Positions 27,901 to 37,812 of a stretch of DNA of 55,269 bases are shown in pieces. The translations under genes and the position numbers were made by a program. The notes beneath the pieces were generated by a model, which ran no database searches, was not told the origin of the DNA, and worked only from the letters and a program-made list of their open reading frames with translations. Every line of letters begins with the position of its first letter. Within the stretch, counting starts at the first letter, position 1. The DNA is taken from the IMG/VR virus record IMGVR_UViG_3300042260_000394; one strand, given 5' to 3'. This DNA comes from an uncultured virus (IMG/VR IMGVR_UViG_3300042260_000394). Taxonomy: Duplodnaviria; Heunggongvirae; Uroviricota; Caudoviricetes.

Positions 27901-30900
27901 GACTACAAGATGTTGTAGTTGCACGTTCAATGAGCGCCTGGAGATGGTACCGTAAGTTTATTAGCAAGTTAGAAGAAAGCAATATTGTTTATAATATCAG
28001 CGATTACGGTATTAACAATACACTTGACCGTATATTAGGCGAGATGCTATTAGGTGTAACTTATAGCTCAGTTGATGCAGTATCTGGTATGGCATTTACT
28101 CGCAATGGTATGCAATTGAATACATTAACAGCCAATGGTAGTGATACATTTGCTATTGGCTCTGTTGATTTGTTTACTCTACCATATGCCGCAGATCACG
28201 TTTATGTTTATGTAAACGATAATTTACAATTGCGTGGCGTTGACTATACAATCAGTGGACAACAGGTTGTGTTTAATACTGCACCTGCAATTGACAGTGT
28301 CATTGAGATTTACTTTGCTGGACAGACAGAAGTGTATTCTGGTATCCCAGCAAGCCCTGCTAAACTTGGCTTAGGCGGTGTTTATGTTCCACAGCTGGTA
28401 ACAGAAACTTGGGGCACAAACTCCAAGACGTTTATCCAACGTCACGACGGTTCACGTATCACCGCATACACTGATCCAGAAACAGGTGAAGTTACCGATA
28501 GCTATCCACTGAATGCAATTATTTTAGAATTAGAAAAACGAATCTACAATGCTTGTATCAACACAGTTGGTGAAGCAAATAGACAGTACGCATTTAGAAA
28601 CTATTCTTCGGAAGAAGTAACAGAGTCGCAGTCTCGCTCACAGTTAGAATGGTACTCTATCAATGGCATTGATTACAGAAGTCGTAGCGACTTTGATGCT
28701 AACGATGCATGGACATGGAACTATGGTGGTGCAAGCTGGAGAAAGTTATACTTAGACTTTTATGGTACATATCATTTACATGATGCTCCGTGGGAAGCAC
28801 TAGGTTACGACAGCAAACCAACATGGTGGGACACTCATTACTCGTGGACTGACGCAACCAAGCGTCAAGCACTTGAACTGGCATTATACTTTGGTATTTT
28901 AAATGAACCAGGCGGTGCGGCCTTTACAGATCCAAAATTTGCACACCCACATGCAACTTACCCGGTTGATGCGTACGGTAATTTACTAAGCCCATTTGAT
29001 GCTGGCATTGCTTCTCCTACGGTTGACGAAGCACAACAGCCTTGGGAAATTGGTGCAATAGGTCCAGCTGAAATGGCCTGGCGCCGAAGTGTAAGCGGCA
29101 CATGGAGTAATGTACTTCATGCACTAGATCGCTACAACTTGGCAAACGAGTTCTTTGATAGTTCAATCAACCCGTTCATTCAAACAGTACACAATAACAG
29201 TACTGCACCTAAAGGAACAGGTAGTATTGCACCTGACCAATTCTTATACGCACGTACCTTAATTGGTATTGGCGCAGTGTTATTCGAAGGCTACCGCGAA
29301 TTTAATTTATTAGGCGAGTCACCATTAGATGACTTGTTGGCTATCGGTACAAAGTTAGAGTTCAGTGTTGGTGGTTTTACTGACGGTGTTATTACATTGA
29401 AAATGCCGTACACTAAATTCCAAGATAATGAAAACGTACCCGACAATGACTTTGGTTTAACATTGAGCCACGGTATTCCAAAAGAACAGTTGCGTTACAC
29501 TTCGGTTAGAGTCGAAAAAGACGACGTTGGATTCCGTGTGTACGGCTTTGATCCAAAGTACAGATTCTTTAAAGTACTAGCACCAACAGCAAATGCGCTG
29601 TCAACAGGATATCCTACAACTCGTCGTCAGTTGGCAACTAGCTACGGCACATTTGTTGAGTACTTGCAATGGGACACTACTCCAGTGGCAGTGCCTTACG
29701 GAGCATACGTTGCAAATAAACAAGACTTGATTACATTATTAATGGGTCTCGGTGAATATCAAAAGCAACAGGGTCTTGTATTTGATACTATAAACAGTCG
29801 TGGCACTATAACAGACTGGAAACAAGCGGCAATTGATGCTATTGCCTGGAGCGAAGAACAATGGGGTGAAGAACACTTCTGTATCGTAGGTGTTGCAACA
29901 ACTGATGGTTTAAAAATTCATCACCCAATGGGCGCACTAAGCAGACTTGACGCTGATCTTGGACGTACTGGTAAAGTGTTGTATGCCAATGGACGTTCAG
30001 CTACTGCCGCAGAGTTGTTAATTACTCGCGACTTTGAGCCAAGCACTGATAAAATCACACCATTGACAAATGATCAAGTTGTATTTGTAAATTTTGAAAC
30101 ACAATATTATGATCACGTTTTCTTTATCAGCAACAAAACCAAGTTTGGTGATTTGATTGCTGACTTGCAAACAGACAACAGATTACAAGATCTAACAATT
30201 GCTGGCCGTAGAACTTATAACTGGACAGGCCGTCCATCTGCACTTGGTGTATTACCACAGCAGTATAGTTCATTGCCTGGCTTTGATACACTTGTAAATG
30301 ATATTGTTGCAAGTCACATGCCAGAACGTGTTGCATTTGATACACTTAAAACTGACATTGCTCGTGGAAACGTAGTACCTTCAAAGAAAAGTGTTATTGC
30401 TGACATTGTACAAGACAGTTCAAGTGCATATCTATATCGCCAAGGCTTACAAAGTGCTGTTGGTACAAACTTAGCTATTGATGCACTGTTTAGAAACAGA
30501 AACATTGACATTCCAGGAAACGAACAAGACGTAAGTGTTAACGAACAATGGATGTTTAACACTGGCGAGTTTGGTAATTTGTCAAACAAGAAAACTTGGG
30601 AAATTGAACTTCGTAAAAAGGATCTAACAAGCAATCGTCAAATCGTAAGATTCCGCGATGATGCACTTGGTGCTACAGATTTGCGAAGCGACAATATTAT
30701 AGATATCGTTGGCAAAGCTGATCCACGTTGGGTTTCTCGTCCAAGCGATTACTTGTTTAAAACAATCAACAGAGATGCTATTGACAAGAACTATAGCAAG
30801 TCACAAAATTGGTTGCCAAGTGCCGGTCTAGCCGACGTTGTTACAACTGACGTAGAAATCATGCGCCTAAGCGATCTTACATTTGATAAGTTGCTTAACG

Positions 30901-33680
30901 TAGAAGATTCTGCAATACTATTTGAAACACAATCATTTAGCAGATACAACGATTACAATACAGGTGATTACGTTTGGAACCAAGGTAAGTTGTACAGAGC
31001 AACAGTTCGTATCATTGGTTCTGATGTTAGCGCATTTGATAACACACAATGGGCCGAAGTACTAATAACTGGCACAATGCTTCCATCCATTTGGATTAGT
31101 GATTACATCTTTACAAATCCGCAAGGTTACGGCTGGAACGTACTACAGGCGTTTGCCCCTGCATACATCGAGGAAATTTGTCCAAATGCAATCAACACTG
31201 GCTTAAACGAAAGTAAGGCTTCGTTTGCTAGCCCACACAGATTGGCAAAGGGTGACTCATTTATTATTTCTGGCGCCAATGATGGAAACTATGATGGCGT
31301 TCATCAAGTTAAAGAAGTAGTTGATGATTATAACGTATTGATTCAAGCACGTAGTACAAGCAATGAAGTTGTGTATAACGCAGTTGGATTCAAATTAAGT
31401 TCTGTTAAATTTACAACAGACGAGGAATTCTTGGCATCTACACTATCATTTAGTGCAGGTATGACAGCGTATGTTGACTATGGTGACATCGAAGGTAGCT
31501 ACAAGATTTACACCTTCACTGGCAACGGCCAGGCTAATGCACAGCAGTATAATATCGAAAACTACAGCAACACAATGATTGATAGTGGATCAATTTATCA
31601 AGTACAGTTGTTTGATTATGATACTGAAGATTTAATCCAAACCCTTGAAGTTTTTGATCCATACAAGGGCTTGACCATTGATGACGTTGCTCAATACATT
31701 GACTTTAAACAATTGCCAGACCCTGCAAGTTACAACGTTAACGAGCTAGGTTTAATTGACGACTACAACTCAACACCTTGGGGTGCTGAACAAGTTGGCA
31801 AACTATGGTGGGATCTAGACAAAGTACGTTACATTGAATATGAGCAGTCAGGTAATTTACAGTACCGTGCTAACCATTGGGGCGAACGCTTTGCTGACAG
31901 TGAAGTTGCCATTTACGAATGGGTAGGTAGCACAGAACTACCATCTAGAGACGTTGTACCAGACGCATACTTAGACACTAGTGGCAATGCCGACGGTCAA
32001 ATTAGATACAGCGAAATTGTTACGACTGATCCAGATTCTGGCGCAAGCACAACAACATATTATTACTGGAAGCGTAGCCCTTCAGTAGTACCAGCTGGCG
32101 GCAACAGAGCATATTCTGCGTCTGCAATCGAATCAGTGCTAAACAACCCAGATGTAAATGGTGTTGCTTGGTTAGCACCTATTGATACTAATGCATTTAT
32201 TATTGCTAACATTTCTGGTGTTTTTGGAAACAAAGACAAAGTTATCTTACGCATTGAGCAGAATTTAAATCCTGAACAAGTGCATGACAATAGCGTACTG
32301 GTAACAGAAAACGTAGACGTCATTGACGACTTCTTGTATCAACGATTGTCGTCAAGTATTGTTGGCCGTGACAACTACAGAGAAGCATACAAACTAAACG
32401 AGTATGTTGTTGGCAAAAAGTACTTTAAGGGCGATTACGTGTACATCAAGAACAATGGCATTGATGTTGCTACCAGCACATACGGCGGCAGCGATTATCC
32501 AATTCTTCAAAATCTCGATGATACTCGTTACGACATTAACACTGTTCGTCGTGCAACATCTGCAGATCATAAGATTTATGTAACCATCAATGACTTTGTT
32601 GCAAGTGGTCTTGCCAAGGATATCAAGCAGAGATTTATTATCAAGAGTGCCGCAGGTGCATTGATTAAGGATCCTTACGAAAACACAGAAGGATACTATG
32701 CAGTAGTTAATACTCGTCGTAAGGTACCTGATGCTAGCTTACACCCACTACGCCGCTATGGTAATGCGTATGCACCTCGACCACAATCTTGGTTTAAGGA
32801 CGTTATTGCGGCACGTAGAACTCTCATTACAGCAGCCAACGACTACTTGCTAAACATTGACACGATTAGCAAACCAGACTGGGACCGATACTTGATAAAG
32901 TATCAGCCTTTGAACGGATCATACGAAAAGGATCTAACGCAGTATTGGGACTATGTTGATTACATCGTACCGGGCTACACAGTTGGCAACGAACAAGTTC
33001 AAATTCGTTCTGAAGAAATCGGTACGCTGGACAGCACAGTAACAAACTTTGGCATAGTTGATGCTTATGGAAATGTTATTGAAGCATATACAAAGTCTGG
33101 TAACAACTTAACTCTAATGTATCGTAAAAATGGTACAATCCAATTCTCAAATTCAATTTGGGATGGCAGCTTAAACGATGCATGGGACAAGTTGTCTTGG
33201 GACAGAACATACTGGGACGAAGATATCAGCGAAGTGGTTGAAAGTATCCTACGTGCCCTTCGCAAGAATATCTTTGTAGGCGAGGACATTAACTACTTTA
33301 ACAAGTTATTCTTTGCATTGGTTAAGGAAAGTTTGTCACAGATTTCAAACGCAGATTGGGTAGTAAAAACAACATATCTTGATGTGTTCCAAACCAGCGA
33401 GCGCGAGTTGGAAAAGGTAGGTACATACTACAACAAGAAAGATAAGCTGATCATCAAGTACATTGATGAAGTTAAGCCTTTCCACAGTAAAATTGTTGAA
33501 GCAAACAAGCTAAACAACGCCCAACAAGATATTGCGGTTTCAATTGAGGAGTCAATTTCATTAACCTGGACGACTCGTACTATGATAACTGACGAAAATG
33601 AAAATCCAATTACTACCGAAGACGGTAGAAAGCTATCACCAGTTACAGAAGTAGTTGTACAAGACTTGCAAGAGGAATAA
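24978..33680 (+). CDS. Very large baseplate wedge/virion structural protein (gp7-like, 2900 aa)
   Basis: Follows gp6; LLPTIFRT N-terminus, Ig/beta-rich segments (QLRGVDYTI), C-terminal YIDEVKPFHSK. Confidence 0.7.
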   Translation: MAKDPKKLNPENPYSKTFPGQDLNTGVSPKTTDLLPTIFRTETNKKVLSAVMEDLFQPSSIETLNYAVGRNRTKFTGLDYLPHPIARRQLETGLVLFNDDKVSVLTADDIATAWDLNDRTRETVEPISILDLPIDPDKFLNWANYYWIEERMPVVFLTSGNTDLNVQADIVGKKYYTSPVQPNGRSLEFKNGMRVVFHQRPGLTDISGNLDLDLVTDGTDQLHLDYEFVNYNRGLIGVSVDSVILTQGVDYYITGNHIVWLTEVPALKAVHVHAPNFYITLDEELRLRSWLVTGVGTEEGIRLLGLASQFTNTVYSKLSNALWDQSAVPWDRVEWDGFIPGINPKEYILQEPGAKNRNAHSRTNCWFHKSTIQTAVDFLGIEFSDIANSNSQALRPIVEFENSLELYNHGTRYRAWPTFLVNELSIGVSDFIGLPLVDNNTTTLNTRYMALLSKLDRPVDIIVQTRIGANFKLALNASSIPQDELIKILSNLDKDNAAGRIPKYAVYKISGNSITWIKNPPASNWTITYRISGVMLSALRILWLAKDSNVNTILNIQHDGVITTGVSKEVANDGDAVVINVTSSADPHYLKEYHWKNGVAVPATFRTTAIQQPVFEIYSRDGVKLSSNTRTKPSVVNSTIIKIKSGAYFDDESGYSIDFLPTQFTQLTADNTAVNSMYNILFEHTLQTTALYIDSTGTQQPVPGPYSFRRFNGGDTVAELSNGYRRAWFKLKSWALRSQRIDGATTIQLDSSMWPEYNWAVKIANGVGTVLHTDDFKTVVDNVAVAARGHEVSFKVYHNGLQTVATVRGQGFEAFDVPVVDGALSFVVPTTAVDTLTVSVGFISFTARLIELKDDPRFVKIKLNGLPVDYAVDSTAYTVSLTGTGVVEIQHQGNDIDGDHLTAIPGIDYNPEQFENFGEISVARIVKGLSKNITVNTASKREWIDSPKFKTLDGIYMADNSAIRSSWANFALQPGLQDVVVARSMSAWRWYRKFISKLEESNIVYNISDYGINNTLDRILGEMLLGVTYSSVDAVSGMAFTRNGMQLNTLTANGSDTFAIGSVDLFTLPYAADHVYVYVNDNLQLRGVDYTISGQQVVFNTAPAIDSVIEIYFAGQTEVYSGIPASPAKLGLGGVYVPQLVTETWGTNSKTFIQRHDGSRITAYTDPETGEVTDSYPLNAIILELEKRIYNACINTVGEANRQYAFRNYSSEEVTESQSRSQLEWYSINGIDYRSRSDFDANDAWTWNYGGASWRKLYLDFYGTYHLHDAPWEALGYDSKPTWWDTHYSWTDATKRQALELALYFGILNEPGGAAFTDPKFAHPHATYPVDAYGNLLSPFDAGIASPTVDEAQQPWEIGAIGPAEMAWRRSVSGTWSNVLHALDRYNLANEFFDSSINPFIQTVHNNSTAPKGTGSIAPDQFLYARTLIGIGAVLFEGYREFNLLGESPLDDLLAIGTKLEFSVGGFTDGVITLKMPYTKFQDNENVPDNDFGLTLSHGIPKEQLRYTSVRVEKDDVGFRVYGFDPKYRFFKVLAPTANALSTGYPTTRRQLATSYGTFVEYLQWDTTPVAVPYGAYVANKQDLITLLMGLGEYQKQQGLVFDTINSRGTITDWKQAAIDAIAWSEEQWGEEHFCIVGVATTDGLKIHHPMGALSRLDADLGRTGKVLYANGRSATAAELLITRDFEPSTDKITPLTNDQVVFVNFETQYYDHVFFISNKTKFGDLIADLQTDNRLQDLTIAGRRTYNWTGRPSALGVLPQQYSSLPGFDTLVNDIVASHMPERVAFDTLKTDIARGNVVPSKKSVIADIVQDSSSAYLYRQGLQSAVGTNLAIDALFRNRNIDIPGNEQDVSVNEQWMFNTGEFGNLSNKKTWEIELRKKDLTSNRQIVRFRDDALGATDLRSDNIIDIVGKADPRWVSRPSDYLFKTINRDAIDKNYSKSQNWLPSAGLADVVTTDVEIMRLSDLTFDKLLNVEDSAILFETQSFSRYNDYNTGDYVWNQGKLYRATVRIIGSDVSAFDNTQWAEVLITGTMLPSIWISDYIFTNPQGYGWNVLQAFAPAYIEEICPNAINTGLNESKASFASPHRLAKGDSFIISGANDGNYDGVHQVKEVVDDYNVLIQARSTSNEVVYNAVGFKLSSVKFTTDEEFLASTLSFSAGMTAYVDYGDIEGSYKIYTFTGNGQANAQQYNIENYSNTMIDSGSIYQVQLFDYDTEDLIQTLEVFDPYKGLTIDDVAQYIDFKQLPDPASYNVNELGLIDDYNSTPWGAEQVGKLWWDLDKVRYIEYEQSGNLQYRANHWGERFADSEVAIYEWVGSTELPSRDVVPDAYLDTSGNADGQIRYSEIVTTDPDSGASTTTYYYWKRSPSVVPAGGNRAYSASAIESVLNNPDVNGVAWLAPIDTNAFIIANISGVFGNKDKVILRIEQNLNPEQVHDNSVLVTENVDVIDDFLYQRLSSSIVGRDNYREAYKLNEYVVGKKYFKGDYVYIKNNGIDVATSTYGGSDYPILQNLDDTRYDINTVRRATSADHKIYVTINDFVASGLAKDIKQRFIIKSAAGALIKDPYENTEGYYAVVNTRRKVPDASLHPLRRYGNAYAPRPQSWFKDVIAARRTLITAANDYLLNIDTISKPDWDRYLIKYQPLNGSYEKDLTQYWDYVDYIVPGYTVGNEQVQIRSEEIGTLDSTVTNFGIVDAYGNVIEAYTKSGNNLTLMYRKNGTIQFSNSIWDGSLNDAWDKLSWDRTYWDEDISEVVESILRALRKNIFVGEDINYFNKLFFALVKESLSQISNADWVVKTTYLDVFQTSERELEKVGTYYNKKDKLIIKYIDEVKPFHSKIVEANKLNNAQQDIAVSIEESISLTWTTRTMITDENENPITTEDGRKLSPVTEVVVQDLQEE

Positions 33681-33702
33681 AGTGGGTTATAAAATAACTA
33701 AC

Positions 33703-33708
33703 TAAATA
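33703..33708 (+). promoter_or_regulatory. Late promoter box TAAATA, 5 nt before ATG 33714
   Basis: acTAAATAtcattATG. Confidence 0.7.
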
Positions 33709-33713
33709 TCATT

Positions 33714-34340
33714 ATGAACATAACATCTTTACCAGTTAAAATTACAACTCACATTGTGATTACAGATGCTGATACCGGGGAAGTATTGCGCGAAGGCTCG
33801 AACGCCATTCACCAGGAAAATATGAGTCAAGTGTTGGCAACAGCACTTGCCCGCGGAACAAACAGCTTTATCAGCGAAATGCATTTTGGTAAAGGTGCTA
33901 GTGTAACTGCAATTGACGGTTCTATTTCATATAGAACGCCAAACGTTTTTGGATCTAATTCAGAACTGTACAATCCAACGTACTTTACTGTAGTTGACGC
34001 ACAGGACCTAAATAATCCAGACCCTGCTAATAACAATTTAACAGTGACACATACCACAGGAACAACTTACAGCAGTACAGTAGTAACAGCAACACTGGAC
34101 TATAATGATCCAATGGCCAGTGACAGCGTTTTTAACATTGTTAACAGCACCGAAGACAGCTTAAATGCAACTACAAGCGTAGATGGCGAAATGGTATTTG
34201 ACGAAATTGCGTTAAAAACAAAAGGGACAGCAGGTTTAAATTCTGGTAATTTGCTTACGCACTTTATCTTCCACCCGGTTGAGAAGAGTCACAATCAGCG
34301 TATACAGATTGTATACACGCTAAAAGTTCAAGCTGGTTAA
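33714..34340 (+). CDS. Virion structural protein (baseplate, possibly gp8-like)
   Basis: NAIHQENMS, FDEIAL and LLTHFIFHPVEKS motifs; in the baseplate module. Confidence 0.6.
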   Translation: MNITSLPVKITTHIVITDADTGEVLREGSNAIHQENMSQVLATALARGTNSFISEMHFGKGASVTAIDGSISYRTPNVFGSNSELYNPTYFTVVDAQDLNNPDPANNNLTVTHTTGTTYSSTVVTATLDYNDPMASDSVFNIVNSTEDSLNATTSVDGEMVFDEIALKTKGTAGLNSGNLLTHFIFHPVEKSHNQRIQIVYTLKVQAG

Positions 34341-34353
34341 TCCAAATTTAAAC

Positions 34354-34359
34354 TAAATA
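34354..34359 (+). promoter_or_regulatory. Late promoter box TAAATA for fibre genes
   Basis: acTAAATAt in the intergenic gap, followed by an AGGA RBS before ATG 34392. Confidence 0.6.
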
Positions 34360-34391
34360 TACAAAGGCAATAAGCCAAAAGGACATGAGAA

Positions 34392-35465
34392 ATGGCATAC
34401 GAAGTAAACAAAGCAAACGGTGAAGTGTTAGTTAACCTAATTGACGGGGAAATTGACAACACATCAACCAGTTTAAATTTATTAGGCAAGAACTATCTTG
34501 GCTACGGCGAGCTGATCGCTGAAAACTTTGTTCATTTGCTAGAAAACTTTGCAAGTAGCATTGAACCAATTAGCCCAGTTACTGGCCAACAATGGTTTGA
34601 TACAGGCGAACGCAGATTAAAGCTAAACGCAGATAATTCCAACTGGAAAACTATTGCGTTCTTAGCCGCACAAAATTCAGTACCAGCAGTTGGCACATCA
34701 ATCCGCGGCGACTTTTGGTACGACACAGCAAACAATGCTATTAAGATTTACACAGCTGATCCAGCATTGCCAGGTACAAACGGTAACGGCTGGATGAACG
34801 TTGGTGCGTTCCAAGGCAATCGAGAAACTGCAACAGGCATGGCGTTCTTGGATCTATTAGATACTAACAGTAGCCTACACAAAGTTGTTGGATTGTATGC
34901 AATGGGTGTGTGCGTTATGATTATTAGTTCTGATGCCGACTTTACTATTGCTAACTCACATGCTGTACCAGGCTTTGACGAGATTGGCAAAGGTATTAAC
35001 ATGAATACCAGTGGCCGCGATAGTACTGGCTTTGATACAAACGCATTTAAGTTGCGTGGTATTTCTGTAGAAGCTGAATTTGCTGACGTTGCTGAAATCT
35101 ACACAGCTGATGCAAGCTACGAGCCAGGAACATTAGTTGCATTGGGCGGTACTGCCGAAGTAACACAAACAACAGGATCAGCTGATACAAACATTTTTGG
35201 TATTGTTTCAACTCGCCCAGCTTACTTGATGAACGCAAAGCAAAAGCGTGAAAAGAACGCATTACCAATTGCAGTTGCTGGCCGTATTCCAGTTAAAGTT
35301 ACTGGTACAGTCAATCGCGGTGATCGTTTAGTGTCAAGTGCTATTCCAGGAGTTGCACGAGTTGCCACTCAAGAAGATCCTGCATGGAGCATTATTGGCC
35401 GTAGCTTGGGACAGCACAGCGGAGAAGGCATCGGCAAAGTCGAAGCTACAGTCGGAGCACGATAA
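34392..35465 (+). CDS. Tail fibre / baseplate-attached fibre protein
   Basis: LLGKNYLGYGE..AENFVHLLENFA, GQQWFD; C-terminal ADVAEIY...GRIPVKVTG...GDRLVSS chaperone-like domain. Confidence 0.75.
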   Translation: MAYEVNKANGEVLVNLIDGEIDNTSTSLNLLGKNYLGYGELIAENFVHLLENFASSIEPISPVTGQQWFDTGERRLKLNADNSNWKTIAFLAAQNSVPAVGTSIRGDFWYDTANNAIKIYTADPALPGTNGNGWMNVGAFQGNRETATGMAFLDLLDTNSSLHKVVGLYAMGVCVMIISSDADFTIANSHAVPGFDEIGKGINMNTSGRDSTGFDTNAFKLRGISVEAEFADVAEIYTADASYEPGTLVALGGTAEVTQTTGSADTNIFGIVSTRPAYLMNAKQKREKNALPIAVAGRIPVKVTGTVNRGDRLVSSAIPGVARVATQEDPAWSIIGRSLGQHSGEGIGKVEATVGAR

Positions 35466-36526
35466 TGGCTATTCAGCGTAAAAAAATTACCGCTGAAGAC
35501 CTAAACAAATTGGCATCCGATGTCAATGAATTGTTTGGCGATACCCACGCAGGTGAAGGCCCATCTACTGACCCACAGGTTCAAGATGATATTCGTTGGG
35601 GTTGGGGCGGCGAAAATGTTCAATACGTACAGCCAAAACAAAAGCTAACCGCGGCTTTTACAAACGAGTTAGTTAATCGCATTAACTTGAGCACATATAG
35701 AACCAACAGTACAGACCAAGAACTTGTTATTGTTTCCCAAGGTGAAAAAGTAACAGCAGAATTTTTTAATACTGCGGCAAGCCTACTCAATTCTGCACGA
35801 AATTCACGCAACGAAGTTGACCCAGCTTTAACTACACTATCAACGATTCGAACAGTTGTAAGCAATGGCGCTACCTGGAGACACCAATTAGAAAACGTAG
35901 TCGAACTTGACTTTGAAGGGTACGAAAGTGCTCGTCACTTTTTCAACGCAGGCGGCGATATTCGTTTGGCATTTTCAATTGCTGAAGGTTATAACGCCGG
36001 CTACCACACCTGGCGCGGCATTTTTACAGACCAAGGCACGCTAAGACTAAACGTTGAAACAATGTCTAGCTTGAACAACCGTGGTATCAGCCAGGATGTT
36101 GGATTTGCTGAACTAGTTCTAGGCGAGCAACTACTATACACCAGTCCATCAGGCGGCGGTGGCGAGTATGGTGGCTATGGAGGCTATGGTGGCTATGGAG
36201 GCTATGGTGGCTATGGAGGCTATGGTGGCTATGGAGGCTATGGTGGCTATGGAGGCTATGGTGGCTATGGAGGCTATGGTGGCTATGGAGGCTATGGTGG
36301 TTATGGTGGCTACGCTTCAAGCAGAGTAAAGATCTATGGCAACATTGAAAACAACCGTTTGCGCCTACGCACTTTACTTGACCACGCTGGTTTAGGTACT
36401 AAAGTAACAGGTACAATTACAATGGCTGTGTCAGTTTCTCAGCCATCAACAGTAACAGAAAATGGGGTAACGTTGGACCTTCCAACCCCTATTATTTCAG
36501 TAACCACACCTTGGCAAGAAATCTAA
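35465..36526 (+). CDS. Virion structural/fibre protein with (YGG)16 insertion
   Basis: ARHFFNAGGDIR motif; TAATG-coupled to the upstream fibre gene; Gly-Tyr tract. Confidence 0.7.
   Translation: MAIQRKKITAEDLNKLASDVNELFGDTHAGEGPSTDPQVQDDIRWGWGGENVQYVQPKQKLTAAFTNELVNRINLSTYRTNSTDQELVIVSQGEKVTAEFFNTAASLLNSARNSRNEVDPALTTLSTIRTVVSNGATWRHQLENVVELDFEGYESARHFFNAGGDIRLAFSIAEGYNAGYHTWRGIFTDQGTLRLNVETMSSLNNRGISQDVGFAELVLGEQLLYTSPSGGGGEYGGYGGYGGYGGYGGYGGYGGYGGYGGYGGYGGYGGYGGYGGYGGYGGYASSRVKIYGNIENNRLRLRTLLDHAGLGTKVTGTITMAVSVSQPSTVTENGVTLDLPTPIISVTTPWQEI
36167..36313 (+). repeat. Tandem repeat: 7 perfect 18-bp units TATGGTGGCTATGGAGGC plus 2 further 9-bp YGG units and TAC
   Basis: Read directly from the sequence; in frame, encodes (YGG)16-Y. 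Confidence 0.98.
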
Positions 36527-36543
36527 TTGGTTAAACCAGGATT

Positions 36544-36569
36544 TGTACGTTGGTAAATAACAACGTACA
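36544..36569 (+). promoter_or_regulatory. Perfect 9-bp inverted repeat with late box TAAATA (36554-36559) in its loop
   Basis: TGTACGTTG-gTAAATAa-CAACGTACA. Confidence 0.65.
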
Positions 36570-36587
36570 TAATAATTCTGGAACCAA

Positions 36588-36932
36588 ATGGATACACGCC
36601 TAAATGATGCATTGGCCTTTGCCAACTATAGACTAACGCTACAAGTTCAGCGTCAAAATATCGAAGCACGAGTAAATGCGGCTTTGATCGTGTCTTACCA
36701 AAATGCAATTTTCAAATCAACCCAAACATTGATTACGTTTGTTGGACTTAGAGCCATGCGATCAGACAAGTTGTTGGTTGAAGATAACAGCGGCAACGTT
36801 ATCCATATTGAAAATCCAAATGAGTTCCTGACAGAGTTGCTAACAGCGTATGATGCTGCCATGGAGCTAAAGCAACAAGAATTACAAAAATTAAAGTCAG
36901 CACGTAGTACTGCTAAAATTGTAGGGCTGTAA
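36588..36932 (+). CDS. Hypothetical protein (first gene of the glycosyltransferase operon)
   Basis: 114-aa ORF, ALAFANYRLTL; tightly packed with the downstream gene. Confidence 0.75.
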   Translation: MDTRLNDALAFANYRLTLQVQRQNIEARVNAALIVSYQNAIFKSTQTLITFVGLRAMRSDKLLVEDNSGNVIHIENPNEFLTELLTAYDAAMELKQQELQKLKSARSTAKIVGL

Positions 36933-36933
36933 T

Positions 36934-37812
36934 ATGAGCACCAAGGGCTTTATGATGTTCGCTTACAACAACGAACAGTTGGACTACACTCAGTTGGCCC
37001 TTGTTGCGGCGTATGCATGTAAAAAGTACATGCCTGATATCCCAGTTGTGCTCGTAACCAATCAAGCAAGTTTGGAGCAATGTAAAAATACACACGGCCA
37101 AGCAATTATGAATGCTGCCTGGGACGACATTATCCTAACCAATCCCGAATACGAACGTAATATGCGCTTACATCACGACGGTGCATATCACAGCTTCAAC
37201 GCACAATTTACAAACACAAACAAGCACGACATTTACAATCTAAGTCCATTTGATGAAACTATTTTAATTGACACTGATTACCTATGTGGCAATGACAACT
37301 TGTCAAAACTATTTGGTAGCCAGTATGATGTTGCAATGTATAGAGATGCTCGTAACTTGCAAATGCAAGAGCCATATACTACAGAACGCTGGTTGCACTA
37401 TGCTGGTATTCGCATGTGGTGGAGTACTGTAGTTTATTGGCGTAAGAGCGAAGAAGCAGAACACTTCTTTAATGTATGGACCGCAGTTAAAAAGAACTGG
37501 GAATACTATCGCTTCTTATACAAGTTTCCAGGTACATTGTACCGTACTGACTACTCTGCTAGTATAGCCGCGCACATGGTCAACGGCTGGCAAGATGGTG
37601 GCTTCATTGGAGAGATTCCAAATTATATGCGCTACCAAGACCAGCGTGATGACATTGTAGAAGTTAAGGGTCCTAACCATTGGGTAATGTTAAGCAACTT
37701 GCCTGAAGAATGGAAAAATATTGTAGTTGAAGTTCGCGGGGAAGATGTTCACATGATGAATAAGAAAAGTATTCTTCGTAACTACGAAAAGATCATGGAA
37801 GAACTAGCATGA
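36934..37812 (+). CDS. Putative GT-A glycosyltransferase
   Basis: LSPFDETILIDTDY (DxD) and MWWSTVVYWRKS motifs; GT8/GT77-like layout. Confidence 0.7.
   Translation: MSTKGFMMFAYNNEQLDYTQLALVAAYACKKYMPDIPVVLVTNQASLEQCKNTHGQAIMNAAWDDIILTNPEYERNMRLHHDGAYHSFNAQFTNTNKHDIYNLSPFDETILIDTDYLCGNDNLSKLFGSQYDVAMYRDARNLQMQEPYTTERWLHYAGIRMWWSTVVYWRKSEEAEHFFNVWTAVKKNWEYYRFLYKFPGTLYRTDYSASIAAHMVNGWQDGGFIGEIPNYMRYQDQRDDIVEVKGPNHWVMLSNLPEEWKNIVVEVRGEDVHMMNKKSILRNYEKIMEELA

Noticed and set aside
36167..36313. Possible CRISPR array
   Set aside because: The units are contiguous with no unique spacers, the repeat is in-frame coding sequence, and there are no cas genes.
36087..36320. Minus-strand ORF with HSHHSL repeats
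   Set aside because: It is simply the reverse complement of the YGG repeat inside a real gene.
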